DNA of 44,086 bases from a virus (IMGVR_UViG_3300037461_000376:1-44086); one strand, 5' to 3'; shown: positions 7,555 to 19,875, counted from the stretch's first letter. Made by a program: numbers and translations. Notes: generated from the sequence alone by a model not told the origin.

Positions 7555-9162
7555 ATGAATTTAGATTTATCTCAGGCTTCAAGTTTTAATTGTATTGCAT
7601 GGATTCTGGAGAATAACATTGTTAATGAAAACGGATCCCCTTTTGAATTTAAAGATCATTCCTTTATGGTTGATCCATACCTTGATAATACTCCCCGTCA
7701 GGTTGCTCTCAAATGTGCACAGATAGGTTGGTCTACCCTTGCAATCCTGCGTGAGTTTCATTTAGCCCGTTATGCAGGGTCAAACATCATTCATACCTTT
7801 CCATCAAGAAACATGAGTAAGGATTTTGTTGTTCCTAAAGTAGATCCCTTAGTTGCCAGAAATCCGGTTCTTCGTAAAATGATCGGGGTAGATAGTGTCG
7901 CTCTAAAACAGGTAGGAGACCGGTATATATATTATAGAGGATCATTTGAACAGACAGAAGCAATCTCCATATCAGCACATATTTTAATCAATGATGAATT
8001 TGATAGAAGTAATCAGCAGGTTCTTAAAACTTATCGTTCCCGTCTTGATGATGCCAGAAGAGAAAGACCTGAATTGGGATGGGAGTGGGCTTTCAGTAAT
8101 CCTTCCATACCCGGATATGGTGTAGATTCAATTTGGCAAAACTCCGACCAGAAACATTGGTTTGTTAAATGCAGACATTGTAATTATGATTGGTATTTGA
8201 TATTCCCTGACAATATAGACTTTGAACGCAATACCAGAATTTGTGCCAAGTGTAAAGAACCATTAACTAAAGTTGATCTTATAAACGGAAGATGGGTAAA
8301 GAAATTTAAAACTAAGGAAATCTCCGGATATTGGATCTCTCAAATGATAGTTCCATGGATAACCGCTGATCAGATTATAGAAAAGTCTCAGGGAGATCAG
8401 GATATATTTTATAACTTCGTATTAGGTCTGCCTTTTATTTCTAAGGATACTTCCATTACCAGAGAATCAATAGTTAAATGTATCAGTCCGGGTTATAATC
8501 CCAGAACAAATGTTGCCATAGGAGTTGATAATGGAGTTGTAAAACATTATGTTATCGGTAACAGATACGGTATTTTTGATATCGGAACAACGGAAGATTG
8601 GGAAGAAATAGAAAGACTCAGAAATCATTACGGTGCTATAATGGTAATTGATGCAAACCCATATCCAAACACACCGCAGAAGTTATCTAACAAATACCCC
8701 GGAAGAGTGTTTACGCATTATTACCAAAGTGATAAAAAAACTCTTGATATTATCAGGTGGGAAGGTATGGTGGTTAAATCGGATCGGACTAAGATTATTG
8801 ATAGTCTGGTTTCGGAAATCAATTCAAAAGATATTACATATAATCTTACCGAAAGGACATTGGAAGATTATATCTCGCATTGGAAGAATATTTACCGGAT
8901 CATCAAAGACACACCGCAAGGAATTAAAAAACCGTCATGGGAAACAATAGAAGGAAGGTCTGATCATTTTGCCCATGCGACAGTTTACTGGAGGATTGCT
9001 CTTGAACAAACATTAGGACAGGGAAGGATTACTATTCCGGTTGATCCGCAAAACAAAAGAGACAGACATCCATTTGTCAGTCCGGATAAAACTACTCCTT
9101 CTCTTAATATTAAGGAAGTTATAGAACGTACTAGAATTAAGAAAGGTTGGAAAAGTATATGA
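7555..9162 (+). CDS. terL: Terminase large subunit, GpA-like ATPase plus RNase H-like nuclease
   Basis: KCAQIGWS (Walker A variant), LINDEFD (Walker B), SNP, SDQKHWFVKC..C...C..C, F.NFVLGLP, IGVD and DHFAHA. Confidence 0.9.
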   Translation: MNLDLSQASSFNCIAWILENNIVNENGSPFEFKDHSFMVDPYLDNTPRQVALKCAQIGWSTLAILREFHLARYAGSNIIHTFPSRNMSKDFVVPKVDPLVARNPVLRKMIGVDSVALKQVGDRYIYYRGSFEQTEAISISAHILINDEFDRSNQQVLKTYRSRLDDARRERPELGWEWAFSNPSIPGYGVDSIWQNSDQKHWFVKCRHCNYDWYLIFPDNIDFERNTRICAKCKEPLTKVDLINGRWVKKFKTKEISGYWISQMIVPWITADQIIEKSQGDQDIFYNFVLGLPFISKDTSITRESIVKCISPGYNPRTNVAIGVDNGVVKHYVIGNRYGIFDIGTTEDWEEIERLRNHYGAIMVIDANPYPNTPQKLSNKYPGRVFTHYYQSDKKTLDIIRWEGMVVKSDRTKIIDSLVSEINSKDITYNLTERTLEDYISHWKNIYRIIKDTPQGIKKPSWETIEGRSDHFAHATVYWRIALEQTLGQGRITIPVDPQNKRDRHPFVSPDKTTPSLNIKEVIERTRIKKGWKSI

Positions 9163-9413
9163 AAATTTATACAAATGAAAATGATACTCTTGAACCGGTC
9201 TTTTCTGAAGGGGAAAGATTTATAACTATTTTTATTGCTCCGTTTCCTATAGGTGAGAAACGGAATTTAAGATGTATAAACTGCGGTAAACTTCTTTTAC
9301 AGTATGAAGGTGAAACAGTTGCAATAGTAGAAGGAGGAGAAAAACCTAACAGTAAAGCCTGTATTGAAATTTTATGTACCAGATGCAGGATAATGTATAG
9401 ACTCATCTCATAA
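9159..9413 (+). CDS. Com-like zinc-ribbon protein (start revised to ATG 9159)
   Basis: LRCINCGKLL...IEILCTRCR resembles the phage Mu Com zinc ribbon; ATGA overlap with terL. Confidence 0.6.
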   Translation: MKIYTNENDTLEPVFSEGERFITIFIAPFPIGEKRNLRCINCGKLLLQYEGETVAIVEGGEKPNSKACIEILCTRCRIMYRLIS

Positions 9414-9414
9414 A

Positions 9415-9423
9415 TGTTATAAT
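9415..9423 (+). promoter_or_regulatory. Extended -10 promoter, probably leaderless
   Basis: TGtTATAAT-N6-ATG(9430); no SD. Confidence 0.7.
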
Positions 9424-9429
9424 AATAGT

Positions 9430-11475
9430 ATGCCAAGTCCAAATCAAACTGATACATTTTCAGATCCGGAACTGCGTGAAGAAGTTTTATCCCAAGCAGA
9501 TGCTCTTTCTCTTTCCTTAACAGATGAACGGATTGTTGAGATTATAGGTCGCAGGGTTGAAAACTCAGAAAATTTCTGGAATGAAAAGTTAAATCTTAAA
9601 AATGTCAGGGATCAAAATGAACAGAGATGGTTAAACAATAATTTTGAAATCGGTGGTAATGCTTTATATGGTCATCAGGTTCCTTATAAGGATAATAGAA
9701 TCTTCGTTTCTGTTGAAACTCTTGCAGCAAGTATTGTCTCCCGTATTCCCCAACCGGAAGTTATAGAAGCTCAGGATACTGATGCTTCAAGAGAACTAGC
9801 CCAAAACTATGCAAAGGTATTAGAACAAACCGCTAAGGATAATTATATGAAATCTCATCTTCAGATGATTGCCCGTCATTTACTTATGGGATACCGTCTT
9901 GGAGTTATGAAATGTTCATGGGATTTTAACGGAGGCAGGATGAAAGATGATGGAACATTTATAGGAGATGTTGCAATAAATTTTGTTAGACCGCATAAGA
10001 TTATTATAGATGCAGAAGCGGAAGATCCGGACAATGTACCTTTAATTGCTGAATCTCTCTCTAAAACTGTAGAAGAATTAGGATACCAGTTTCCTGATAA
10101 GAAAGATAAACTTATGGAGATTGTCGGTAAAGGATCTGGAGAACGGGTTAATATGGGATCAAGATTAGGATATAAGGAAATCTGGTTTACTTTTTATGAT
10201 GATAAAGGAAATAAACAGGAAGGTCTATGTTGGAAATATGATTGGTTAATCTTAGATAAAGGAATAAATCCTAATTACAATTATGATACATCCAGTAAAA
10301 CAAACTTCTTGGAAAAACCAGTTAAACCATATATCCTTTTTAACTTTCTTAGAATGGGTAAGTATGTATTTGATGATACCTCACTAACAGAACAGGCAGC
10401 CAATCTTCAGGATGTTTTAGAAAAACGGGGAAGGCAGATGGTTGAGAGTGCAGACCAATCTACCAGTACAAAAATCTTCAATACAATGCAGATAGATGCA
10501 GGAGATGCAGCAAAATATGTAGGAGATCCCAGACAGAATATTTTAGTTAAAGGAGATGTCAGAACGGCTTTTGCCCGTATTGCTCCGGAACAATTAGGCA
10601 GACAGGTCATTGAAGATAAACTTGATGCCCGTCAGGAAATTGATAATATCTTCGGAACCCACGCTCCTCTTAGAGGAGAGAGAACTAATTCTCCTACACT
10701 TGGACAGGAACAATTATCCCAAAGATCTGATCTTGGCAGGACTGCTATGTTAATTGAATCTATGGAAAATGGTGCAGTTAAGGCTTATAGACTTATTACG
10801 CAACTTTATAAGGTTTTTGCTAAAGAAGAACACATGAGAAGATATGTTGGTGCAGAAGGACAGACTACCTTTATTAATTTTTCCGGGGATAAAATAGAAG
10901 ATGGAGTGGAGATTTTCGTAAACGCCGGATCCATGCAACCGCAGGATAAACTGGAAGATAGAAATGAAGCGGTAGAACTGGCAAAGATTGGTGGAAGAAT
11001 AGATCCTCTCTCATTTGCAGAGAAATGGCACGTTGATAAACCAAGAGAATTTGCTACCCGTTTATTCTATTTCTTATTTATGCCGGATAAATACGCTCAG
11101 GAAGTGTTAAAGATTGGTCAATCCGGTGGGGATCAGGATGCTATGAGTGCTATACAAAGATTATCTGCAGGAGAAAATGTACCTCCTCCGCAAAATCCTT
11201 CTAAAGAATATATTGCCTATTTCGGACAATTCATTAAATCTCCGGCATTTAAACAGGTATCTCCTGAAGGACAGGCATTGATATTGGAACATATAAAAGC
11301 AACAGTAGCAGCAGCTAAACAGGGATTAAGCGGTCAACCAGCACAACCTGCACAATCTCCGGAAGGTCTACCTCCGGAATCCGGAGTACCTTCACAAGTA
11401 GGACAATCTCCTCAACAACAACCGCAAGGACAGGGAAATGTAATACAGAAAATGTTAGGTTATTTCAGACAATAA
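9430..11475 (+). CDS. Portal protein (P22-like)
   Basis: 681 aa between TerL and capsid; NRIF.SVET, G hinge, helical C-terminus with Q/P-rich tail. Confidence 0.85.
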   Translation: MPSPNQTDTFSDPELREEVLSQADALSLSLTDERIVEIIGRRVENSENFWNEKLNLKNVRDQNEQRWLNNNFEIGGNALYGHQVPYKDNRIFVSVETLAASIVSRIPQPEVIEAQDTDASRELAQNYAKVLEQTAKDNYMKSHLQMIARHLLMGYRLGVMKCSWDFNGGRMKDDGTFIGDVAINFVRPHKIIIDAEAEDPDNVPLIAESLSKTVEELGYQFPDKKDKLMEIVGKGSGERVNMGSRLGYKEIWFTFYDDKGNKQEGLCWKYDWLILDKGINPNYNYDTSSKTNFLEKPVKPYILFNFLRMGKYVFDDTSLTEQAANLQDVLEKRGRQMVESADQSTSTKIFNTMQIDAGDAAKYVGDPRQNILVKGDVRTAFARIAPEQLGRQVIEDKLDARQEIDNIFGTHAPLRGERTNSPTLGQEQLSQRSDLGRTAMLIESMENGAVKAYRLITQLYKVFAKEEHMRRYVGAEGQTTFINFSGDKIEDGVEIFVNAGSMQPQDKLEDRNEAVELAKIGGRIDPLSFAEKWHVDKPREFATRLFYFLFMPDKYAQEVLKIGQSGGDQDAMSAIQRLSAGENVPPPQNPSKEYIAYFGQFIKSPAFKQVSPEGQALILEHIKATVAAAKQGLSGQPAQPAQSPEGLPPESGVPSQVGQSPQQQPQGQGNVIQKMLGYFRQ

Positions 11476-11484
11476 TTAAAGTAC

Positions 11485-11560
11485 TTGACAACAGGGTGTA
11501 ATAATTATTATAATAACATTAGAGACAAATAAGTCCGAGTAACATACTTGGACTTTTTTT
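11485..11560 (+). promoter_or_regulatory. Capsid-operon promoter plus terminator-like leader hairpin
   Basis: TTGACA(11485)-N18-TATAAT(11509); hairpin AAGTCCGAGT/ACTTGGACTT then T7 (11531-11560). Confidence 0.8.
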
Positions 11561-11566
11561 ATAAAT

Positions 11567-12634
11567 ATGACATTTGGAAGCAGAGTAACTACAATAACGC
11601 AAAATACAATTCTCCCAAAAGTAATTGATACTGTTCTTGGTGATAACTGGATCACTTATAGAGTTGTCTCTAACGCAAAAAGATGGAGTGGTGTTACACT
11701 TGACCGCCCGGTTAAAATCACTAAATCTTCATTAGGTGGATCATTCTCCGGTTTAGATACTCATTCAACAGCAACCAGCGATACTAGAGTATTGATGGCT
11801 TATGACCCCAGAGGTTATGAAATGCCAATTGTTATCCCCGGAATGGAAAAGGCAGTCAATAGAACTGAAGCTGAAGTTATTAATCTTGTAAGGGTTGAAT
11901 CCGAATCCGCTCAGGAAGATGCATTGGATGATATCGGTACAATGCTTTATGCAGACGGAACAGGTAATTCTAGTAAAGATTTCTTGGGATGGGATGCTTT
12001 AGTTGATGACGGTACTTCAGTAGATTCTCTAGGAGGTCTTTCAAGAACGACCTATACGACTCTTAAAGGTACTCGTACAGCATCAGGTGGTACTCTTACT
12101 CTTACAAAGATGTCCACTTTGGTAAATGCAGTATCCGCAGGAAGTGCAGCCAGACAACGACCAACCTGTTTAGTTTCAAATGAAACAGTTTGGGCTTTAT
12201 ATGAATCTCTTTTAACTCCAACTCAACAGGCTACTTATAATGCAACCGGACTTCCAGTAATGACCAGATCTTCTCAAGCACCGGTCAGAGCAGCAGAACT
12301 TAAAGGAGCAGGTGGATTTACATCTCTTACTTATAGAGGTATTCCAGTTATCGCAGACGAAAAATCAACAGCACAAACTTTATGGGCAGTCAATGAAAAT
12401 TATCTTGATTGGTACGGATTAAATGATCCAGACTTAAAGAGTATCTCTCTAGGATCATCCACGATTGACGGAGTATATTCAGAAGCTCCATCAAAGAATA
12501 CAGGTTTTCAATGGACAGGATTCATGAGACCAATCAACCAATACGGAGAAGTAGCACATATATATTTACTAGGAAATCAAGTAACATTTAACCCGAAAAG
12601 ACATGGTAGATTAACGGGTATAACAGGAGTATAA
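11567..12634 (+). CDS. Major capsid protein
   Basis: 355 aa after the portal; ILPKVIDTV, LYADGTGNSSKDFLG, GGLSR, GF..L.YRGIPV..DE, terminal P.RHG.LTGI. Confidence 0.88.
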   Translation: MTFGSRVTTITQNTILPKVIDTVLGDNWITYRVVSNAKRWSGVTLDRPVKITKSSLGGSFSGLDTHSTATSDTRVLMAYDPRGYEMPIVIPGMEKAVNRTEAEVINLVRVESESAQEDALDDIGTMLYADGTGNSSKDFLGWDALVDDGTSVDSLGGLSRTTYTTLKGTRTASGGTLTLTKMSTLVNAVSAGSAARQRPTCLVSNETVWALYESLLTPTQQATYNATGLPVMTRSSQAPVRAAELKGAGGFTSLTYRGIPVIADEKSTAQTLWAVNENYLDWYGLNDPDLKSISLGSSTIDGVYSEAPSKNTGFQWTGFMRPINQYGEVAHIYLLGNQVTFNPKRHGRLTGITGV

Positions 12635-12641
12635 TAAAAAT

Positions 12642-13370
12642 ATGTTAAAATTTGGAGGAGCACCAGTAATTTACGACGTAGATCCATATACAGATAGTGT
12701 ATATCAGATGCATCCTCTTGGAGCATTAGCTGTAACGGATGACGGAAGAAAATTCAGATATGTTAAAGCAGTCGCTGCCACAGTTGCAGGAAAATGTTAC
12801 GGTAGTGCAGGACAGGATTCCCAATTTCAATCAATGACTCCTACTGCTCCTGCAGCAATCGGAGCAACCTCAGTTTCAGTAACCAACGGTACTACCACAG
12901 TTGCTGCAAATGATTTTAATGAAGGTTATTTAGTAACTTCTTACTCAACAGGTTATGGACAGACAGCAAAAATCCTTTCCCATTCTACAGGAGCAAGCGG
13001 AGCAACAATCACTTATAATCTTGATAGACCTCTTGAAACGGCACTAACAGTTGCTGCAAGTAAAGTAACGGTTATCAAAAATCCTTTTGATGATGTTATA
13101 GTTCAAGCAACGACTCCAGTAGCACCAGCAGTTGGTATCGCACCTTGTGTAATCGCTACAGGATATTATGGTTGGATCCAAACAGGCGGTCCAATCGGAG
13201 CACTCTGGGATGCTTCAGTAGCAGCAGTTGATACTTTAGGCGTGTCTCCATCTACTACAACGGCAGGTTGTGTAACAGTATCAAGCACAGGGTATATGGT
13301 AATGGGATATTCTATGCAGGTAGTTCCAGTATCAGCTTATATGGGTCCGGTATTCTTAACATTAGATTAA
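12642..13370 (+). CDS. Capsid decoration/minor capsid protein
   Basis: Directly follows MCP; HPLG...DGRKFRYVKA and YYGWIQTGG; Ala/Thr/Val-rich. Confidence 0.65.
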   Translation: MLKFGGAPVIYDVDPYTDSVYQMHPLGALAVTDDGRKFRYVKAVAATVAGKCYGSAGQDSQFQSMTPTAPAAIGATSVSVTNGTTTVAANDFNEGYLVTSYSTGYGQTAKILSHSTGASGATITYNLDRPLETALTVAASKVTVIKNPFDDVIVQATTPVAPAVGIAPCVIATGYYGWIQTGGPIGALWDASVAAVDTLGVSPSTTTAGCVTVSSTGYMVMGYSMQVVPVSAYMGPVFLTLD

Positions 13371-13440
13371 AAGATTAACAATTTAATCCCCATAATGGGG
13401 GGAAACGCATTGACGAGTTAATTCAGGATGCGTAAAGTCT

Positions 13441-13466
13441 AAACACCTTTACGGGTGTTTTTTTTT
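13441..13466 (+). terminator. Intrinsic terminator of the capsid operon
   Basis: AAACACC-tttacg-GGTGTTT followed by a long T-run. Confidence 0.85.
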
Positions 13467-13612
13467 ATCTATTTTTACTTATTCTTTTTATAGAGAATAA
13501 AAATGAGTAGATAATTCTCTTATATAGAGAAACTCACACTTGATGAAAACTATGGAGATGCACTCCAATCCATAGAACCTATTAAGGAGTGAAAGGGAGG
13601 TGAAAAAATCTT

Positions 13613-13732
13613 ATGGCTAAAATTAAAAGAAAAGAAGAAGTAGTCGTTGAGAAAAGATCTGAAGAAAAATCTTATGACGATTACAGCGATTTTCTAAAGG
13701 CGAAAAAAGAAGAAAGCCAAGAGAAAAAATAA
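13613..13732 (+). CDS. 39-aa charged peptide (not in track)
   Basis: SD GGGAGGTGA; MAKIKRKEEVVVEKRSEEKSYDDYSDFLKAKKEESQEKK. Confidence 0.65.
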   Translation: MAKIKRKEEVVVEKRSEEKSYDDYSDFLKAKKEESQEKK

Positions 13733-13733
13733 T

Positions 13734-14780
13734 ATGGCAAACGCAGCAGATTATATACCAGCTTTCAAATACGGACATATGTTATATCCTCAAAATATGG
13801 TATTACCAAATTCACCTCTTGATACTGGAAGAGTTTGGTTTGTAGATGGGGATAAATCAACAGGAGGAGCCGGTGGTACTTGGGAAGATGCTTTTGCTAC
13901 AATTCAAGCTGCTATTGATGCAGCTTCAGCAGGAGATGTTATTTATGTTGCAGCAAAAACAATTACAGCATTAGCAACTGATCCTGTTTCCTATGATGAA
14001 CATTTGACGATTGGAAATACAAAGTCAAATCTTTCTATCATTGGAGTGAGTAGAGGTTTAACACAAGGTGGATTACCACAAATTAAACCAACAACAACTG
14101 TTACAGGTCATGTTCTTACAGTTCGGGCTCCGGGTTGTTTAATTGCAAATCTTGGATTCAATGGGGCCGGTTTAACGGCAGATTCTGGTTATAGCGGTAT
14201 CTATCTTGAAGATGATGGAGGAACAACTTATGTAGCATTTGGTACAACGATTGTAGGATGTCATTTCAAGAGTCTTGGGAGAGGTCATGCAGGAGCAGCA
14301 GGAGCAATTGATTGGAGTTCAAATGGTGGTGCATGGCAGACAAGAATTGTTGGTAACAGATTCTATAAATGTCTTACTGGAATAAATCTTCGGGGAACAA
14401 GTAGTTCTATTCCGCAGGATGTTGTAATAGAGGGTAACTGGTTTGGTTCAGCAGCTAATACTGATACAGATTGTGATATTGATCTGGGTAATGGTTCAGG
14501 AGTTGTTGGATTAGTTATTAACAATAATGTATTTGCAACAGTTGATGTTCCGACTCATGCAAGCGGTGCAGTAGCAAGGTATTTGGATTTGACCGGTTGT
14601 GCAGGAATATTGTCTAATAATATGTTTTCTTGTATTACAGGAGAAGGAGAAACTGAAAAGACATTTGGAGCAGCAGGAACCGCAGCTCTTATTCCAACAA
14701 CGGTTAGAATGGCAAATAACTGGGGAGAAACTTCAACAACGGGTGCTTCAGTTGATTGGGGTATGGTATTCAGGACTTAA
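13734..14780 (+). CDS. Pectin-lyase-like beta-helix virion protein
   Basis: VWFVDG...G.TWEDAFATIQAAIDAASAGDVIYV cap, then repeats such as TIVGCHF, RIVGNRF, VIEGNWF, VINNNVF. Confidence 0.8.
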   Translation: MANAADYIPAFKYGHMLYPQNMVLPNSPLDTGRVWFVDGDKSTGGAGGTWEDAFATIQAAIDAASAGDVIYVAAKTITALATDPVSYDEHLTIGNTKSNLSIIGVSRGLTQGGLPQIKPTTTVTGHVLTVRAPGCLIANLGFNGAGLTADSGYSGIYLEDDGGTTYVAFGTTIVGCHFKSLGRGHAGAAGAIDWSSNGGAWQTRIVGNRFYKCLTGINLRGTSSSIPQDVVIEGNWFGSAANTDTDCDIDLGNGSGVVGLVINNNVFATVDVPTHASGAVARYLDLTGCAGILSNNMFSCITGEGETEKTFGAAGTAALIPTTVRMANNWGETSTTGASVDWGMVFRT

Positions 14781-14834
14781 TATTGACTATTTATATACCG
14801 CTTATCATCAAGTGAGCGGTAATAAGGAGGTAAT

Positions 14835-15014
14835 ATGGCAGATATACTAAAAATTTCTCAATTATGTCTAGCGTGTAATGGAACGAAGCAGATTCTTGAT
14901 CCTAATTGGAATCAAAATGTGCAAAATCCTGAAGAACGCCCGTATATTTCATGTCCAAAATGTAATAATACAGGATATGTAGAATGGGGAAAAATGGAAG
15001 AAGTGAGTTTATAA
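14835..15014 (+). CDS. 59-aa DnaJ-type zinc-finger-like protein (not in track)
   Basis: SD AAGGAGGT; CLACNGTK...CPKCNNTG. Confidence 0.7.
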   Translation: MADILKISQLCLACNGTKQILDPNWNQNVQNPEERPYISCPKCNNTGYVEWGKMEEVSL

Positions 15015-15044
15015 TATATAGGTATATTGTGATATAATATTTAT

Positions 15045-15548
15045 ATGAAATCAAATTCCTCATTTTACAGGGATGCAAACTTCGTACCTATTTCAAATCT
15101 CGGTCTTATTGAAAAACGGACAATTACCTTTTTAGGTGGTACTACTGATGCTTGGGGAGATGATGGAGGAGCATTAGATGATTCCGCTTTATTTACTGTT
15201 ACCGGTCTTGTTCAGGCTCAAGTATTAGCTGTATGTACTACATTACTTACAGGAGATACTGCAACTATTGAAGTAGGAATTACCGGAGATACTGCTATCT
15301 TTCTACCCACAGAGACTGCTACTCAGATTGATGCCGATCAGATTTGGGTTAATGATGCTGCAAATGCTGCTTATATTATCTTGGGAGAAGAGGAAGCTGC
15401 TGCAGATAATCTACCAAAATATTTACTATATGGTAATGATATTATCTTAACTGTTAAAACCGCTAATGTTACTGCCGGAGTATTGGATTTTTATTGTATC
15501 TGGAGTCCTATATCAACAGACGGTGATGTAACTGCCACAACAACTTAA
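15045..15548 (+). CDS. Virion structural protein (beta-rich)
   Basis: Acidic, Thr/Gly-rich; preceded by TGaTATAAT-N6-ATG. Confidence 0.6.
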   Translation: MKSNSSFYRDANFVPISNLGLIEKRTITFLGGTTDAWGDDGGALDDSALFTVTGLVQAQVLAVCTTLLTGDTATIEVGITGDTAIFLPTETATQIDADQIWVNDAANAAYIILGEEEAAADNLPKYLLYGNDIILTVKTANVTAGVLDFYCIWSPISTDGDVTATTT

Positions 15549-15549
15549 T

Positions 15550-15780
15550 ATGGATTTATATACACATACATTTGAATTTAAGATCGGAGATGGTGGAAAA
15601 TTTTTAACAGGAGATATTGAATTTGATACGGATAATAAAGTTTCCTACCGCTTCAAGACATTTTCAGAACCCATAAATGAAGATACCCTTGCTTATTTTA
15701 CAGAGTTAGGTCAACTTTGTAAAAAGATTTTTCATGAATCCGGAGGAATTAAAATGATCCGAATTAAGGAGAATATATAA
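15550..15780 (+). CDS. Hypothetical protein
   Basis: Coupled ORF. Confidence 0.65.
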   Translation: MDLYTHTFEFKIGDGGKFLTGDIEFDTDNKVSYRFKTFSEPINEDTLAYFTELGQLCKKIFHESGGIKMIRIKENI

Positions 15781-15781
15781 A

Positions 15782-16654
15782 GTGCCGTTACTTACCAGTC
15801 TTAGAGATAATCCTCAAGTATTTGTAGATATTCCCGTTGAAAAGAAAAAAGATCTTCTTGAACTTCAGTCAATAGTTTCCGATTTAGAAAAAAAACGTAC
15901 CCTCCTTTTAGGAGAAATAGAACGACTTACCATAGACACTACCGATATTAAAAAACGGTTGGGAACAGAGATTGGAACTCTTAAACTCCAACGCAAAAAA
16001 CTCCTTTTACAGATTAGCACTCTTACTTCTATATTGCTAAAGACTCAGAACCAAAAAGATAAGGTAGTAAAGGGTATGGAACAGTTTGGAAATGAACATA
16101 TCCAATTTCTTAACAGTCTTTCTAATTCTTTACAGTTAGATGTTAAAGGGATTACCGCTAAAATTGCCAAGAGATCTGCCAAAATAAAAGAACAGGAAGA
16201 TTTCATAGATGGTTTTTATTCATATTTGACCGATTTTGCCCTAAATAATGAGGCTAAGGCTTCGTACAATGACCTAGAAAGCCTCCGAATTAAGAAAATG
16301 GATAAAGATGTCTCTTTAAATAAGAAACAAATAGATAAAATGTATAAAGAGACAAAGGATTTTTTAAGGGATACAGAAAATGCTAATAAGATTATTAACG
16401 ATAAAAGAAAGTCTATTGAAAAACTGAATAAATGGTTTGAGAATAATGCAATAAAAGAACATGACCGTCTTGAACAATGGGAAAAAGAATTGAAACTTCA
16501 AAAGAAAGAGATAATTGCAGAAAGAAAAGGATTTATTGCACAAAGATTAGCCTTAACCAAACGGGAGAAAAAGATAAAAGACAAAGAAGAGACATTGATA
16601 CGGTCTTATGCTGAGGTTAAAGCTAAAGCAGCCAAAGCCGGTATCGTGTTATAA
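15782..16654 (+). CDS. Coiled-coil protein (GTG start)
   Basis: K/E/L-rich heptad character; SD AAGGAG. Confidence 0.7.
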   Translation: MPLLTSLRDNPQVFVDIPVEKKKDLLELQSIVSDLEKKRTLLLGEIERLTIDTTDIKKRLGTEIGTLKLQRKKLLLQISTLTSILLKTQNQKDKVVKGMEQFGNEHIQFLNSLSNSLQLDVKGITAKIAKRSAKIKEQEDFIDGFYSYLTDFALNNEAKASYNDLESLRIKKMDKDVSLNKKQIDKMYKETKDFLRDTENANKIINDKRKSIEKLNKWFENNAIKEHDRLEQWEKELKLQKKEIIAERKGFIAQRLALTKREKKIKDKEETLIRSYAEVKAKAAKAGIVL

Positions 16655-16661
16655 TTAGATC

Positions 16662-18609
<1,948 letters not shown>

Positions 18610-18624
18610 AAAGAAAAAATATTT

Positions 18625-19851
18625 ATGGCACGTTTATGGTCATGTGGAGCTGAATTAAATTCTATAGCGGAAGTTTACAGTTATATATCTGCCAATGTTA
18701 GTATTTCTTCTGATATTAAAAGAAGTGGTAGTTATTCCTTCTATTGTTTAAATGCTGCAAGTGATAGTTATCAACAGTTTGAAACTGCAAATGCAAATGG
18801 TCCTTATTATTCTAGGACTTATATATATATACACGATGCTCCTTCAGCATTGTGTACTATTTTAATGTTTTTTAATAGTTCTTTCGTAGGAAAAGGAAGA
18901 ATTAGATTAAATTCTAATAGAACTTTAGAGTTATGGGATAATGTTGCTCAAATAGGAAGTGATTCATCAGCATTAGATTTAGATACTTGGTATTGTATTG
19001 AAATGTATTACTATAATAATACTACATCTGGAAAATTAGAATTAAGTGCAAGAATTAATGGAGCTGCTACTTTCGCTTCAACTACAACAAGTACTAATAC
19101 TGGAGGAGTTTATGCTTATAGTTTTGGAGATATTTCTGGTAATGCTTCAATAGAAGTATATTTTGATGATATAGCAGTTAATAATACAACTGGAACTTCC
19201 CAAAACTCTTGGCCTGGTGCTGGTTCAATCGTTTGTTTATTACCTAGTGCTTCTGGTGATGCTAATTCTTGGCAAGATAATGCAGGAAGTGCCGGAACAG
19301 TTAATAACTATGCTTTAGTTAATGAAATTCCTTTTGAAACTACAACTTATATTCAAAGTACAACTTTAAATAATGAGGATTTATATAATGTTTCAGCTAT
19401 GCCCGAAAATATTACATCTGTTAATTGTGTTCAAGTTGGATATAGATTTAGAAGAGCTGGAACTTCTACTTGTGCTAGTTTTAAAGCAGAAATACTAAAA
19501 ACAGTAGGAGGAACAATATTACAAGGAAATGAAATTACTCCTACTTCTACAACAATTACAGCTCATACAACAAGTACAGCTAAAATTTATCAGTTAACTG
19601 CTTATACTGATCCTGATAGTGGAAATTGGACAGATTCTACTTTAGATACAATGCAGATTGGTATTAAAGTATCTACAGATAATACTGATACAATTAGAAT
19701 TTATTGTATATGGGCATTAGTTGATTATGTACCAAGTACTACTGTTGGCCCAACTAAATTAAAAACTTGGAATGGTTTAGCAACCGCAAAAATAAAAACA
19801 ATTAACGGTTTAGCGATTGCGAAGGTTAAGACTATCAATGGTTTAACATAA
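18625..19851 (+). CDS. Beta-sandwich (lectin-like) virion protein with terminal KTxNGL repeats
   Basis: LDLDTWYCIEM, VYFDDIAVN; ends with three 11-aa repeats. Confidence 0.6.
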   Translation: MARLWSCGAELNSIAEVYSYISANVSISSDIKRSGSYSFYCLNAASDSYQQFETANANGPYYSRTYIYIHDAPSALCTILMFFNSSFVGKGRIRLNSNRTLELWDNVAQIGSDSSALDLDTWYCIEMYYYNNTTSGKLELSARINGAATFASTTTSTNTGGVYAYSFGDISGNASIEVYFDDIAVNNTTGTSQNSWPGAGSIVCLLPSASGDANSWQDNAGSAGTVNNYALVNEIPFETTTYIQSTTLNNEDLYNVSAMPENITSVNCVQVGYRFRRAGTSTCASFKAEILKTVGGTILQGNEITPTSTTITAHTTSTAKIYQLTAYTDPDSGNWTDSTLDTMQIGIKVSTDNTDTIRIYCIWALVDYVPSTTVGPTKLKTWNGLATAKIKTINGLAIAKVKTINGLT

Positions 19852-19875
19852 GTGTTATAATATTAAAAAGAGCCT

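Noticed and set aside
9406-9424. Additional operator copy (CATAA-N3-TTAT)
   Set aside because: Explained by a stop codon next to TGTTATAAT; several mismatches.
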